NCBI GenBank assembly: GCA_028534125.1
Contig: CM052832.1
Coordinates: 14,510,001-14,574,000 of the forward strand
Direction: 5' to 3'
DNA length: 64,000 bases
DNA from: Lama glama
Taxonomy: Eukaryota
Below, piece by piece: positions 39,590-52,599 of the stretch. The translations under genes were made by a program, and so were the position numbers. The notes beneath the pieces are model-generated. The model saw only the letters and a program-made list of their open reading frames with translations. It had not been told where the DNA came from and ran no database searches. How positions within the stretch are numbered: position 1 is the stretch's first letter; each line of letters opens with the position of its first letter.

Positions 39590-42589
39590 AATAAGCCTCT
39601 CATTTTACATAGCCAAAGTGTTTCAAAGGGATTTTATGTTACATTCTTAATAGAAGAATCCCCAGTTGCATAAAAGCTAAGACTAAGGACTCTGTGGAGC
39701 CAGTCTGCCTGGGTTCAAAACCAAGCCCCACCACTTACCAGCTCACTACCGTGGGCAAGTTACTTGATGTCTCTGTGCTTCAGTTTCCTCACCAGTAAAA
39801 TGGCAATACTACTAGTGCCTTCCCCAAAGAGTTGTTATAAGGACAAAATGAATTAATATGTATAAAGTGCTTAAGAACTGTGTATGGCAAAAAAGTGTGA
39901 TAAAATCAACAATTAAAATAAATAAATCCCTGATTAATCTTTTTTGGTAAAATTTTACCTAAGCATATAGTAAGTGATGGTTTGAATCTCACCCAATGAC
40001 ACTGAGTTCCTAAGTGGTCAAGTGTAGTGCTTTACAAGCAACAACAGTTCTGGGAGTCAGGGACACTGCCTGGCTCTGCCCTCCTCTGTGTAGCCCTGGG
40101 CTGGTCATTTTAACCTCCCCCTGAACCTTTGCTCTTTCATCTGTAAAATGGGGACAATAACAATTACCTAGCAGGCATGTTGCAAAGATAGACTGAGGAA
40201 AATGCAGATGTAAAGTTAAGTTCTTGGCACAAAGTATTAGGTGCTCAAGAAGTGAACTACCCCCCCACAACATGTGCGTACTCACCTCCCATACAGTCTG
40301 GAGGGACAGCTCCGAGCTGCTGGGAATTAACTGTGCGTTAACTGCCTCAAATACTGCTCTGCGGGCTGGGCTTTCACTGACGTTTTATCAGGGCTGTGAG
40401 GCAACCTAAAGAAGCAAGAATCAGGTGACTGGACCCAACCACGATCCAGAATCAGGCTGGATCAGAGGAAGCGTAGAGAACACAACACCAACAGTTATGA
40501 ACAAAGCCAGGACCAGGGCTCCTCTCCACGCTCAACAAAGGGCTAAGGATCTGAAAACAAATATCAGAAAGTCTAAGAGTCCTGGTAAACAGCCCTGAAT
40601 TGATCGGTTTTGAAAGCTTTTCTGGCCATCAGACTTCTTAGAAGCAGGTCTCGACTATAACTCAAAAGGAAAAATAACTTGAGAAGCGGATTGTGTTTAA
40701 AGGAACCTGAAAAGAAAATAACACTGAATGCTTACTCAGGTGAATGGAAAACAAAAGTCAACAGGTTGGTTCACTCAGACAAAAAGGGCTGGGGTAAAGG
40801 CAGAAACCCCCTTTAAGAAGGAGCCTCCTAAGGTTAAATAAAGTGCCATCTCCAAATAAACTAGTTAGTCTTCTAAATATCTGATAACTCAAGTGAGAGC
40901 ACCACTATCTCTACTTTTTCATAGGTTAGAAGAGGGAGTTTTCAATTTTTTCAAATAAAATGCTCCTTAAAAAAATTAAAATGCTTGAGATTTTAAGCTT
41001 TGGCTATGACTGAAAAGAACTGTAATTAGGAGATCTGATTGTACATGTGCAAAGTTAAAAGTCACAGAATGAACAAAAGGATGGACGATAATAAAAAATT
41101 TTATTTTCTTAATCTCAGTAAGGACAAGCACTTAATATGCCTTTGAAATTAGTGCTATTAATCCAATATCAGTGAATGTTCAATAAATCTTGATTACTGG
41201 TACTATTTTAGTGGGACAAATGGGAGCTGCTTTTCCAGTCACAGTAAAGGAAAAGGCTGTTCTCCATACATCCTGTTGCTTCTAGTCATCACTGGCAGGG
41301 ATAAGTGCGAGGTGTAGCCATGACAAAGGATGGACCCCACTATGTGGAGGCAGAGCCACAGCCTCAGTCTTGCAAGAAGTAAGCACCATTCAACTCAACA
41401 GTGCTAAATCGGCACAATGAAGCTGCAGTGTCTTAAGACACATTTTCCTTATTCAGTAAATGAAGTCCAATATACTTCTTCTCTTACTTTTATTTTCATT
41501 TTTCATCTTAACTAATGACCATGCTCTGTAAAGAAACTGAAAGTCCAACATGAAAGTGCTGTGAAGTCAGTCATTATGATGGAGCTGGATGCTGTCATTG
41601 CCTAATAGAGGCCAAGATCTCTCTGAAGTAGAACCCTGACTGTCGTAACAACTGTCAAAAAGAAAAACAAATAAGTGGTTCCATGTGCTGCTTTTATCAC
41701 TTTTAAATTGATTCTACAGATGTAGCATTTGTACGGCTGGTCAATGGAGGAGCCTAAGCCAAAGTAGAAGGACCCCGACCCAGACATCCCACCCCAAATC
41801 CAAACACATAAAACCAATGGATAAAATTTAACAAAAGAAATGCTTTCATTATATAGTTGAGCTCCAAACCAAGAAAAGAAAATATATAGATGACAGAACA
41901 GGAACTCAAAATCAGACCTATGAGTGGGAGCTCTGAATGCAATAACTCAGAAATCAATAATAAGGAGACAGAAACCTATGCTTAGTATATTTAATCAAAG
42001 ACAATTCAGCTGATTCTTCCACGTTTATGTAAAAAGTACGACCCTATGCAACATGTTCAGAGTAACATGAGACTGAATAAGTAACAACTCAGCTTGACAC
42101 ATCTAAATTTGTACCTAGAACCACCCCATAAAGCTGGTGGGAAAACACCATTTTAAGTGGATCTTTCATAATTTTAATCTAGGGAAATTTGGTTGCTTAG
42201 GTCCCTAGAGTATCTTTTAGAAAGCAGTTTCTAACCAATAGGGCCATGTATGGCCAGCAGGAAAGTTAAAAAAAAAAAAAAAAAAGACTAGAAACCAACT
42301 GAACTAATCTATAGTCTGAAAGATTAAAATGCTTGATTTGCAAACGACCGGATGAAACAGCACAAACTGGGGGACTCTGAGTAGAAAGAGTACTCAATTA
42401 AAATACACAAATACACACAACGCCACTTCATTACAAACCAATTCAACTGCTTTCATAGTAAAGTAAAATTGGCAAAGTGTAAATGCCTCAGAGCACATTT
42501 TAAAAGGGTTATTATTGAAGCACAAACATGTTTACATGTATGAGTTCATAATGATTATTCACAAGAAACTCATTGGACACCTCTGAAGA

Positions 42590-44240
42590 CTACTAGGAAA
42601 CCAACTTGATCTGAAACTGGTAAATAAAGAGAGAGAACCAAGCATTTAAACCATCTTTCCTGCACAAACTGTACCTCAGGGTAACCAAGTAGTTGATAAC
42701 ATGAGGTTTCTCTATAAAGTTTCTCTAAAAAGCATTCCAGTTAATAACCGAAGAAGGTAAAATAGAAATGAAAATAGCACCACTTTGCTAACTCTTAATT
42801 AAATCATGGATCTGGACTGTGAACATCAATGGCTACCAACATCACCAAAAAGAAGACTAAACAGAAGGATGTACATAACATCCTCTAGGAAGAAATCCTG
42901 CCAGGCAATTTAAACCTGAAGCAGCCCAAGTCTCTAGATCTGATTTCCAGCTTACAGGAAATACAGGGGACAGATGAATATGCTGAATGATACCTCAGAG
43001 ATGCAATCAGCAAAACCAAGACTGTGGGAAGTGGGGCAAATGACCTTTTATCTTCAACAAAGTGGAATGAAAAAAATGACAGATATGAAATCCACAGATT
43101 TAAAAAGATTTATGTGACAGACCAAGCAAAAGCAATGTATGGACCTTGTTTGAACACAGATTTGAATAAACTGTAAAATATAAAATAAAATATTTGACCA
43201 TATGGAAAATTTGAACTCTGAACATTTGATGGTTTTAAGGAATTGCCATTTTTAGGTGTGATAATGGTATTGTGAATATTTTTTTAAAGAGTCCTTATCT
43301 TTTAGAGATACATACTTGAATAATGTGATATATAGATTTTCTTCAAAATAATTGAGTTGGGGAGGGAGGGAATGATAAAAAGAAACAAAATTAGCCATAA
43401 GCTGATAACTATTTTATGGGTACTTACAGTACAAAAGGATTCATTATATTATTCTCTAGACTTCTGTATGTTTGAAATTTCCATAACAAAAGCTAGAACA
43501 ACAAAAGACAAAAACAAAATGGTTTCTGTTTCATCCTGCTTGGAGCATATTGCTCCACAAATCTGTATTATTAATGACCCTCCTCTAAACATTTTGCCTC
43601 TGAAGAAGGACCCAAGAGGCCCCAATCTGACTATTGAAAGCCCTGTATCTGCACAAAGGTAACTTCTTAAATACAAGCAGCATTTAGCAGCCATAGATCA
43701 GTATATTATTTTCCAATCAGAAGGACCCGGGAGATGTAAGGGGCCTTGGAATTATTCAAGAGTCCTCAAATCCAACTACACATGTGATTTTTGCAATGGT
43801 TGAATATTCAAATTACATCAACTAACCTACTGAGTATATAAAACGTTATAAGCACATACATACACAAAAACTTATCTACAACAGCGTACATCACAGTGCT
43901 GTTCCAACAGCAGAAAACTAAAAACAAACTCATGTTCAATGGCAAGGGATGGATTAAACAAATTACAGTTCATACACACTATGGAATTTCACATACCCAT
44001 TTAAAAGGAGGTTGAGAATAGAAAATGATAGGAAAATGTTCACAATATATTAAGTGGAAATTTGAGACAAAATATGTACAGAATAATGTCACTTCTGTTT
44101 GGAAAAAAAAATGCTGAATAGAGAAAAAACCAAAGTATGTACACCAAAATTACAAGAGAATTTCTTTAGGTGGTGGAAGTATAGATGATTTTATTGTCTT
44201 CTTTATGCTTTTACTTGTCCAGCAGTTTTTCTATAATAAA
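42590..44240 (+). mobile_element. Old L1M 3' UTR fragments (two blocks, ~42590-43490 and ~43860-44240)
   Basis: cagagatgcaatcagcaaaaccaagactgtgggaa; tttaggtgtgataatggtattgtg; tatgtttgaaatttccataacaaaa. Confidence 0.65.
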
Positions 44241-44244
44241 GGCA

Positions 44245-44530
44245 GAAGTCTATAATTCCATATCTACAATTCAGAAATCCAAAGGGTTCTGGAAATACAC
44301 TTCCAAAAGTTAGTGGCAAAGTCGTTCAGGTGTAAAACCTGACCTAGACTGATGTGAAGCTGTTTCATATTTATTCCATTTAGTGTGAATATTAACAGGT
44401 TTTACTGCAAAAACATAACGTTTCAGGGTGTTGCCCCAGGTACCACCAGGGGCTCAGTACTACTCTCCAACAACCCCAAAACTCTGGATTCTAAACCCCA
44501 AGATTTCAGACAAGAGATTGTGAACTCTGC
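44245..44530. mobile_element. Probable old DNA-transposon MITE (MER96B-like)
   Basis: Imperfect inverted ends (gtctataattccatatct.. / ..agacaagagattgtgaac). Family name from memory only. Confidence 0.45.
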
Positions 44531-47500
44531 CACCGTTACCACTTTAAGGCTTTTTAAAATGAGACTCATATTTGAAAATGTTGGGAAACTCTGCTATCAA
44601 TTATTACAAATTTTTAAATAGGAACATCAATTTTTTAAAAAGTCCATAACAAACAGGATTATCATTCCAGATTCATCAAAGGTGGTAAGCATTGGGCTCC
44701 CACCAGATGACAGAAGCAGCCCAGGCTCATCAAGCCCTTGGCACGTGCCAGGCATTATGCATCTTACATACCTTAGCTCACGGGATACTGCTTCAGGAGG
44801 TAGGTACTAATCTAGGCCTATTACACATATAAAGACACAGATGCTCAGAGAGGTTATATAACTTGCCTAAGTCACAAGGTAGAGTTGGGTCAGAGCCTGA
44901 GCCTTGGCCGCCATGCTAAATTCTCACCAGTTAAATTCTGCTCCCTGGATCATCTCCCCGGTTTTTAATAGTGGTAATAACATCACAAGTAGAACAGAGA
45001 CAACTGGCTTGTTTTAAAAACTCTTTTGATTTGTAAATTAAATAAACTTGATCTACAAATTACTGAGAAAGAATAAATACGAAGCCATACCATATAATTT
45101 CTAGTATTACTACTATTAACTCCAACCACACCAAAGTTATTTGAAGATGTTTTATGAATGTAACAATATAATTTTCTATACCACAAAAAATCTGCCAGTA
45201 ATCTTTTGGAAATCAGTGTGGGGAACATTTTCTGAGGGCTCTCCAGAAAAGACTCAGTTTCTGCCCACAAGAGAACCTGACATTTCCAAGAACAAACTCT
45301 CTACTATCTACTTTTCGGGTTTCCTTGGTGTCTCTGGGCTATAACACCCAGTAATTTACTTTCCCTACTGAAGACTAGGGCAGAAATAGCCTTAACTTCC
45401 TTCTGCAAACCAAAATTCACAGCTGTTTGAGGTGAGCAAACCAAGAGGGATGGGGGTGGGGAAAGAACCTTCTGAAGGGATTTTTCTGGCCAAGGATGCA
45501 ACTTTCACTGGGATCATAACCTCCCAGGAGAAGTGAACAAGCTGGAGCTGACTGGATACAAACCAAATTCTTCACAAGATAGTTTCAGTGTTTCCTGTCT
45601 CTAATTTTTGCAACTAAGACAGTAAAAACTGAACTTCAATGGGAGAATTCAGGAAAAGGGAGATCCCTGATTTACCAAACTTCTGTTAAATTATCTTATA
45701 CTACAAGTAGATGCCTTGCTCAGTTTAAGATTAGGCATTCTCTAGATCTTTCGATATGAAGTAATCACACAGAAGTCATTTCCAGGCATGCTACCTTTTT
45801 CGTTTTGTTTTAACAGGGGAACCACATTCTACTTTAGAGAAAGCAAAAATGTGCAGCAATTCCAAAGTAAAAGAAAAGGACTGTTATCCCAATAAAATTA
45901 CACTTAAAGATGTATCTTAAAAAGTTTTTTAAAAACTATTTTTAATGAATTAAGGAGGTTTTGTGGAAGATCCAGAAAACTGCTATCCTAATAAATAGCT
46001 GTGTTTTGTTTTGTTGTTTCATTTTTGCATTCTCTTAGAAGAGCAGGTACTTAGATCAGATAAATCCATGAATTCCTGCTTCCAAGCCCTCCCACTCTAC
46101 AATTCTTACATGGTCAGTGTTGCTTTCTTCCTCAGGATGTTAAAATCACCTTGCTCAAATGGGCACGTTCAAAAGAAATCTGGCACAATAGGAGGACAAA
46201 AGTAAAAGGGTCAGCATGAGAAAAAGCTGTCATCTCATTATAATTTCCAAGCTACAGATCCATTCTGGGGGGGGGGGAAGAGAGGCCATTTCAATCGAAT
46301 GGTTAGAGTGATTATTTTTTTTTTAGTCTGAAGTCCTTAAGTAAGTATCAGGAATGAGTCTTCAGACTGATCTTAAACAATGAATAACTTTGTCATATAT
46401 TCTGACATTTGGGGAGAACCTGTTATTGTCCCCTAAATGGGGTCCATTTTTTCAAAACTTCATTCTCCATTCCTTATTTCAGAACCTTTTCATATCTGTG
46501 GGAAACTCGTGACTGTTTTTGGATAGTCTCCCCCTGCCCACAGCAGAGTAAAATCTGGTTTACAGCCACATTTATTGCTACTGTCTATAAATTTCCAGAC
46601 TTCTCCAGCAAGCCTCTTTGGCTTCTTTTCTTACTCACTCTTCTCATGCTTAAGGTATCAGGTCTAGAACTCCCCTAGATCATGACACAATCTACTCCTC
46701 AGCTCCAGCCTTTGGTCTAGTTTCTCTGTGCTTCTGAACCCTGAGGAGTGCATTTCACTTCACGTCATTTACATACATTCACATTCATACAAATCAGGTA
46801 TTTAGCTCATAATTCATTTTATAGTTTTAAGCTAATATTTGATATTTTCTTTTAACATTTCCTTTCCTCAGAACTTTTGCCCCTTACTTGGCAGAATTCA
46901 CTTTTAACTCAAATCTTACTGTATTCTCACACAGAAGTTGCTTTTCTGAAAATCAGTAGTTTCACTATAACCATAAACGTGTCAAACTCCCCATTAAGTG
47001 AGAATCTGAGTGCCCACTATATGCCCAGAGCTGAAAAATACCATGAGTTTTTTTTTAAGTTTAATACAGTGCCTGTCCCAAGCTACAGACTAAAAACATG
47101 CATCCATTCAAATCCATGCTATTCTAGAATCTCTGTAGGACTAGGCATTTAGGTTAACTATGCCTTCTAGATCATCAATTGCTTGTCCTCTGAAGCAACA
47201 AAAATTATACCTGAATCATTTTGGATAGAAAACTAAAATGTTTTTTGTACTTTCATTAACAAGCTATACTGAACATAATTTAATCTTTGACTGGCTAAGA
47301 GTCAAAAAAACAGCTATTACAGCACTAAGCTATAGTACAATGAGGCCTTGGGCCTAAGCAGGTGTGTAAGGATGCACACATCTGTGTTAATAGTCTCGAA
47401 TTACTGAGGGTGGCAAAAATTCTGCTTGACTTTAACCACTTTTCCTGTCCCTCACTTTTCAGTCTGTCACACAATCATGCTACTATAAATGTACTGTATT

Positions 47501-47734
47501 GGGAGAGGGACTAATTTTGATAGAGCACCTACTATGTGCCAGGTCTGAGATAAACTCTGCAGTGTGTCTAACAATTGGCCTGGCACAAAGGAGATGATGG
47601 GTAAGCGTTTAGTGAGTGAACGTCATTAACATGCCTGCCTGAGCAGAGCCTCTCCCTAATTGACTGCTTCCAATCTGCACCGGCTTGGAAAACAGATTTC
47701 AAGTGTGAAAGAATAACATTTAAAACATGTCTCA

Positions 47735-48010
47735 AATGAACTTACCTACAAAACAGACTCACAGACATAGTGAACAAACTTATGGTTACCAGTGGATAAA
47801 GGGAGGTGGGAAGGGATAAATGGGGAATTCAAAAATTGCACCTCTTGGGGAGTGATAGAAATGTTAGCTATCTTCAGTGTGGTAGTGGTTTCATTGGTGT
47901 ATACATCTATCAAAGTTCATCAAATTGTACATCTGAAATATGTGTAGTTTACTGTACAGGAACCATACCACCATAAGGTGTTTAAAAAAATAAATAAAAA
48001 CAACAACAAA
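47735..48010 (+). mobile_element. L1 3' UTR fragments
   Basis: aaatgaacttacctacaaaacagactcacagacatagtgaacaaacttatggttaccag joined to an older L1M-like tail. Confidence 0.7.
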
Positions 48011-51000
48011 AATGTGTCCGCCATGGTACTCTGCCCACAGCAGATATGGCAAAATTGTACGTGCTGAACTAAACCGAGGAAGCCTAACAGTGAGCACTTA
48101 AAATGTGCCAGAAAACTGTGGGAAGTTTCTTACACTCATCATCTAAGATAACACCTCTAAGGCAAATAATATTATCCCCATTTCACAGATGCAGAAATTG
48201 AGGCTCAAAGTGGTTGAGTAATTTGTAGAGTATCAAGCAGCTACTCACTGGTGGCAGTGGAATGTGAATCCAGGCAGTCTGACTTCAGAACAAGTGGTCT
48301 TAACAAGCATCATACTATATATACAACCTCTGAAAAAATGTATAGTAAATAAGTGACAGTCAAAAGGGATAACAGCTTTTTCCCCCCTAGTAGAAGTCTT
48401 CTTTGCTGACTTTCTTATTTTCAGGTATGTTCTCAATTGGCGAGGGTGACTATAAATTGTGAAAAATAGGCAAGCAAAGTATGAGTTGAAGAGCTACTGC
48501 AGATAATGGGTTCCAAACAAGCAGAAGGCTGCGTGTATTAGGGTCATTAGGGAGGGCTTTAAGAAGTTAAGACCTAAGCCCAAGCAGCATAAGAGAAAGG
48601 GATGGGGTGAGAGAGGAGGCATTTTGTAGCTTAGGAATAAGCACAAAGCCTTTGTGGAATGAGGGGGTAGGAGGGGTCATAAACAGATGAGTGGACAAAC
48701 ACACATGTGGTCTGGAACATTTATATTCACTGCAGCTGTAAGCTCCTATTCCTGACTGCTTTACTTGGTTACTTAAAACAGCTGGACAAACATAGGTTGC
48801 AACTGGCAATACTAATGGGCCAAAGCTAAAGCCATGATTCTACAGTTCTCATTAAATAACCCAGGATCCCTGAGGTTGGGAGTGTGGGCACAGGGGACCT
48901 ACCCTCTACTACTTCCAAACCTAAAAAGGGAGGACATGCTGGCCTAGGGATTATCTAAATGTATGGTCTCATTTTCACCAAAATCTTTCACTAGTTGAAC
49001 CAGAGTCACCTCTAATTAATGACATACCTAGTGTAACTAGTGCCTGCAGATCCTCCCTGCCCTTAGGAGTCAGAGGGAAGAGAGGCTAGGGCAACTCTCA
49101 TGCCATCCACCATCGCTACAACAGATACAGGAGCAAGTCAGAAGGTATCAGATCTCTTACACAAGGGAATGGAGACACCATTCACACTTTATGACAGAGA
49201 CTAGACATATCAGCATGAGGCCCAGAGTGAAAAAATATTGTGCTCAACAAAGACTCTCTAGTCTTACTTAACTACAAGGCAGCTAAATCCTCAGCAAAAT
49301 TTCAACAGCCTCTGAGCAAGAGAACTAAGAATAACTTGAAGGCAGGAGATATGTGAAAGTTTCTCACTACAGCAGGACATACTGTAGGTTACAGTATCTT
49401 TGGCAAACTCCAAATGCTACAGCATTCACCTCATTAGAGAAAGGCACCTTCAAACTTGTATGGTCTTTCTCTTGTCTCTCAGGCATCACAAGTGCAGAAA
49501 TATAAAAGTAATCCAGTTAAGAGTCAAAACCCAATTTGTGCATTCAAAGTACATTTACTGAACGTCTCTGTCTGGCACTGATATAGGAACTAGTAATTTA
49601 AACATAAGAAAGACTAAGACACTCTGAAAGATGGAAGTAAGCCCACCCATTATTATTTCCTTTTATCACATCCAACCACTCAAGGGTCTAGGCAGAGAGT
49701 TCTTTTAGTAACCCACTAACACCAAATAAGTCTCCTTTCCCACTTTCTTGCCCCTGATCATGGTGTGCCCACCTGGAACACTCTCACAGAACTTCACCTA
49801 CCCAAATCCTCAGGTCCTTCAAAGTCAGCTGAAGTCCCCCTCCTCCTGAAAGCCCTGATCTCCATCTCATCCCAAAGTGATATCTCATTTTTCTGAACTA
49901 CTAACAGTAAGTACCACCATCAGTTCATGTAGAAATGTATCATTCTCTAATTGATACTTTTATTTATTCAACAAACCCTGAGTACAATGTGACAGCATTG
50001 TTCTAGTGGCTGGAGAAACTGCCCCAAATGGTACTAGTTTTTGCCTCCCCAAAATAACTCGTTGTAAGAGTTCTTCTCTCATACTGCTCTTTAAAATCTT
50101 CTGTAGACACCTGGGTTTGCACTCAGTGCTTAATATCTAACAATTTGTTAGAGCCTTGGGCTCCTTGGTCCAAGCTCAGGCAAATCGAAGTTACATAAAC
50201 TAATGGGGAACAAAAACAAACACAGCCATTTCTAAATGAACTTCCACTTCTTAAAAACCTCAAAAGAACAAGGAAGGAAAAGAAAACAGGCTATGAAAGT
50301 GCTGCTGAAACAACACATTTTACTCACACTGACAAAGCACCTCCAATTCCCTCTCCAAGCCACACAAATGTGACCTTTTTCTCTCAATCCTTACAGTTCC
50401 AGATTCAAGTGTTTAACAACAGACCTTGGAAAAGTTTAAAGTACCCTTCAGTTTCCTAAACAAGTCTTTCCATAGCTTTATTTTTTGATGAATAAACCCC
50501 CTGATGAATCCTGCATATGCCACTTAACAGACTAATCCAATGAGGTTTACTACAAGGCACCAGAATTTAAGCTTCAAGCACAAAAGGGGCTCAAATAACA
50601 CTCTGAATGTGATAAACCCAGAGACAATTTTAATATAAACAACAAAAGCCACGTCCCGCAGAGCCCTGTAGAAGGTTCCAAGTTCCCAAAGAAAGGGAAT
50701 CAAGAGAATTTCTTCCAGGGGAACCCTGAGATTCTGCAAGGCGTGGGAGTTTCTGCAGGAGATGAGGGAGATTTAAAATACACATATTTTTTGCTCTAAA
50801 GTGGTTTGAAATACAACAGCTGGCACCCGACAGCGGGCGAGTGTGAAGCCGGGCTGTACCATGCGGTGGAGGCTGCCACCTGGGCACTCCCACCATTCTT
50901 CGCAGCCGGGTCAGGACGCGAGACCGGGAGAACCCGAAGCCGCGCGGACCCGCACCGGCGCCCCTTGCCCCTTGGGCCACCTGCTCTCGCCCCGAGACAC

Positions 51001-51113
51001 GAGCAAACCCACCCCACTTGGGTCTCCAGAGCCACGACCTCTCTGGGGACCTACGAAACGGGAAGGGGAAAGGGGGTCTCCAGGCGGCTGCCCGGCCCCG
51101 GAGCATTACTCAC

Positions 51114-51307
51114 CTGAGCAGACTGGAGAGGGGATGGCTCGAGGAGCCGAGACCGCCGCCGCCACTGCTGCTGCCCCCGGAGCCGCCGCCGCCGCCGCCG
51201 CCGCCGCCCCCGAAGCCTGAGGAGAGCCGCTTCCCGGACAGCAGCTTCTCCACGGCCGGGAGGTGCCCCGTGCGGGCCGCCTCCAGCAGCTCCTGCTCCT
51301 TCCCCAT
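51114..51307 (-). CDS. ANKS1A: ANKS1A (Odin; ankyrin repeat and SAM domain protein 1A), coding exon 1
   Basis: Minus-strand translation [33 protein letters not shown]10[22 protein letters not shown] matches the recalled ANKS1A N-terminus. Strong Kozak context GGGATGG. Ends at a perfect donor CAG|GTGAGT (51114/51113). 194 nt, phase 2. Lies head-to-head with TAF11 as in human. Confidence 0.96.
51182..51208 (-). repeat. (GGC)9 coding trinucleotide repeat, poly-Gly of ANKS1A
   Basis: (gcc)9 read directly on the + strand, with an adjacent GGG codon giving 10 consecutive Gly. Confidence 0.95.
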
Positions 51308-52599
51308 CCCCAGGGCCGCCGCCCCCCAGACCCCACTACCGGGACCGCCGCGGAGCCTGTACCGGCTCCCAAACTTTCCGTCTCCGGGCAACGCACCCCC
51401 CAAACCGGCCGGGGACACCACCCCCCTCCCCCCCGCCTTTTCTCCCCAGGAGCGCGTCACTTCCGGGATCTGGCGTCACGCGTCACCGCGCCCCCGCGCC
51501 CCGCCCCCTTGTTCACCTAGCTGGGCGGGGCTCGGCGGGCGGGCGCAGGTGACTGTGGTTTGCGCAAAGTGGACTCAGCTGCGCCGAAATAGGCTTCCCA
51601 GGGCAAGAGGAGAGCGTCACGTGGTCACCCGCTGTACGAGTAGAAGGAAACAAATGCTGTACACCTGTACGCGCCTCTCAACGTGCACTTCTTCCCCAAA
51701 GGTTTTGGGAGCCCACGGGGCAGGAAATACGGTAATTCATCCAAGCAGTGTAGAAACAAAGAGAGAAATATGGTAACGCGCACCAACATTTCCAAGTCAG
51801 TTCTTTCTGGACGCAGAAATTAAACATGTAATGGGTGTGGGAACCTAATGATACAGAGGTGAATAAAATGCCCCCCTCTGTACCTCTATGAGGGAAAAGA
51901 GGAAATTTTTAAAGTAGAAATTTCTCCACTTCATGCTCCCAACCGCTAAAATAGATCATTAAAGCGAAACATTCAAAGGAAAGACTTCCCTCCCAGTTGG
52001 ATGTGTTCCTACTTACTTTGATGACATTAACCGAACTGATTAAAAGTCAGTTGGTGAAGACAAAAAAAAGTCAATTGGTGAATCCGACGCCAATCTTGAG
52101 TACTGGTGAATTGGGGAAATCATTCAGTTGGGTAGAAACTATGCCTGTTTTGTTTCTGGTACTAGCGATGTTCCTGTCTCGAAGTATGCGCTCAATAGTT
52201 GTGGAGTTCAAGCTATATGACTTTTTTTAAGGTGCGTGAGGAACAGAAGAGAAATGCTGGCAATTCCATGTAAACACAGGCCAGCGGTCTCTGTCCAAAT
52301 GAACTGTACGAAGTTGAGTCCTGGTCTGAGTTTACCCGGTAGCCGTGTCCCACGACAAGGGGGTGCAGCGCAACTGAGTTTTCTCCTGCCCCCAAACTTT
52401 ACTCTGAGGAAAGTGGATTATGAATGAAGTTAACTGATAGTGTGTCTTTAGAAAGACCGAAAGGAAAAAGAAACCCTTCAATAAACAACACAGCTCTCCC
52501 TTACAAATCCTAGTTTCCCAGAGTGGAAAATCCACAAGCTGAATTCCGTAACCTCAATTTTCCCTCTCCCCACCGCCATCAAATCAGAATTAACAAGGA

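Larger units (their letters stand above)
1..51113 (-). other. ANKS1A: ANKS1A intron 1 (partial, continues beyond window start)
   Basis: Begins at the GT donor at 51113. I did not find the expected exon 2 peptide (..MWRGPNVNCVD..) in the ORF track or by reading the sequence. The region is repeat-rich. Confidence 0.85.
50800..51700. promoter_or_regulatory. CpG island / ANKS1A promoter and first exon
   Basis: Dense CpG and high GC against an AT-rich background. Overlapping half-CRE/ETS motif CGTCACTTCCGG 51455-51466, further CGTCA half-sites 51474-51485, GC boxes ~51499-51545, E-box GTCACGTGG 51616-51624. Confidence 0.85.

Noticed and set aside
51308..51460. GTG-initiated N-terminal extension of ANKS1A
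   Set aside because: The GTG lies inside the ETS/CRE promoter motif, probably at or upstream of the TSS. The ATG at 51307 has a strong Kozak context and matches the known N-terminus.
50630..51776. Long overlapping ORFs in the CpG island (252, 158, 125, 103 aa)
   Set aside because: GC-rich sequence lacks stop codons. The peptides are low-complexity and antisense or off-frame to ANKS1A exon 1.
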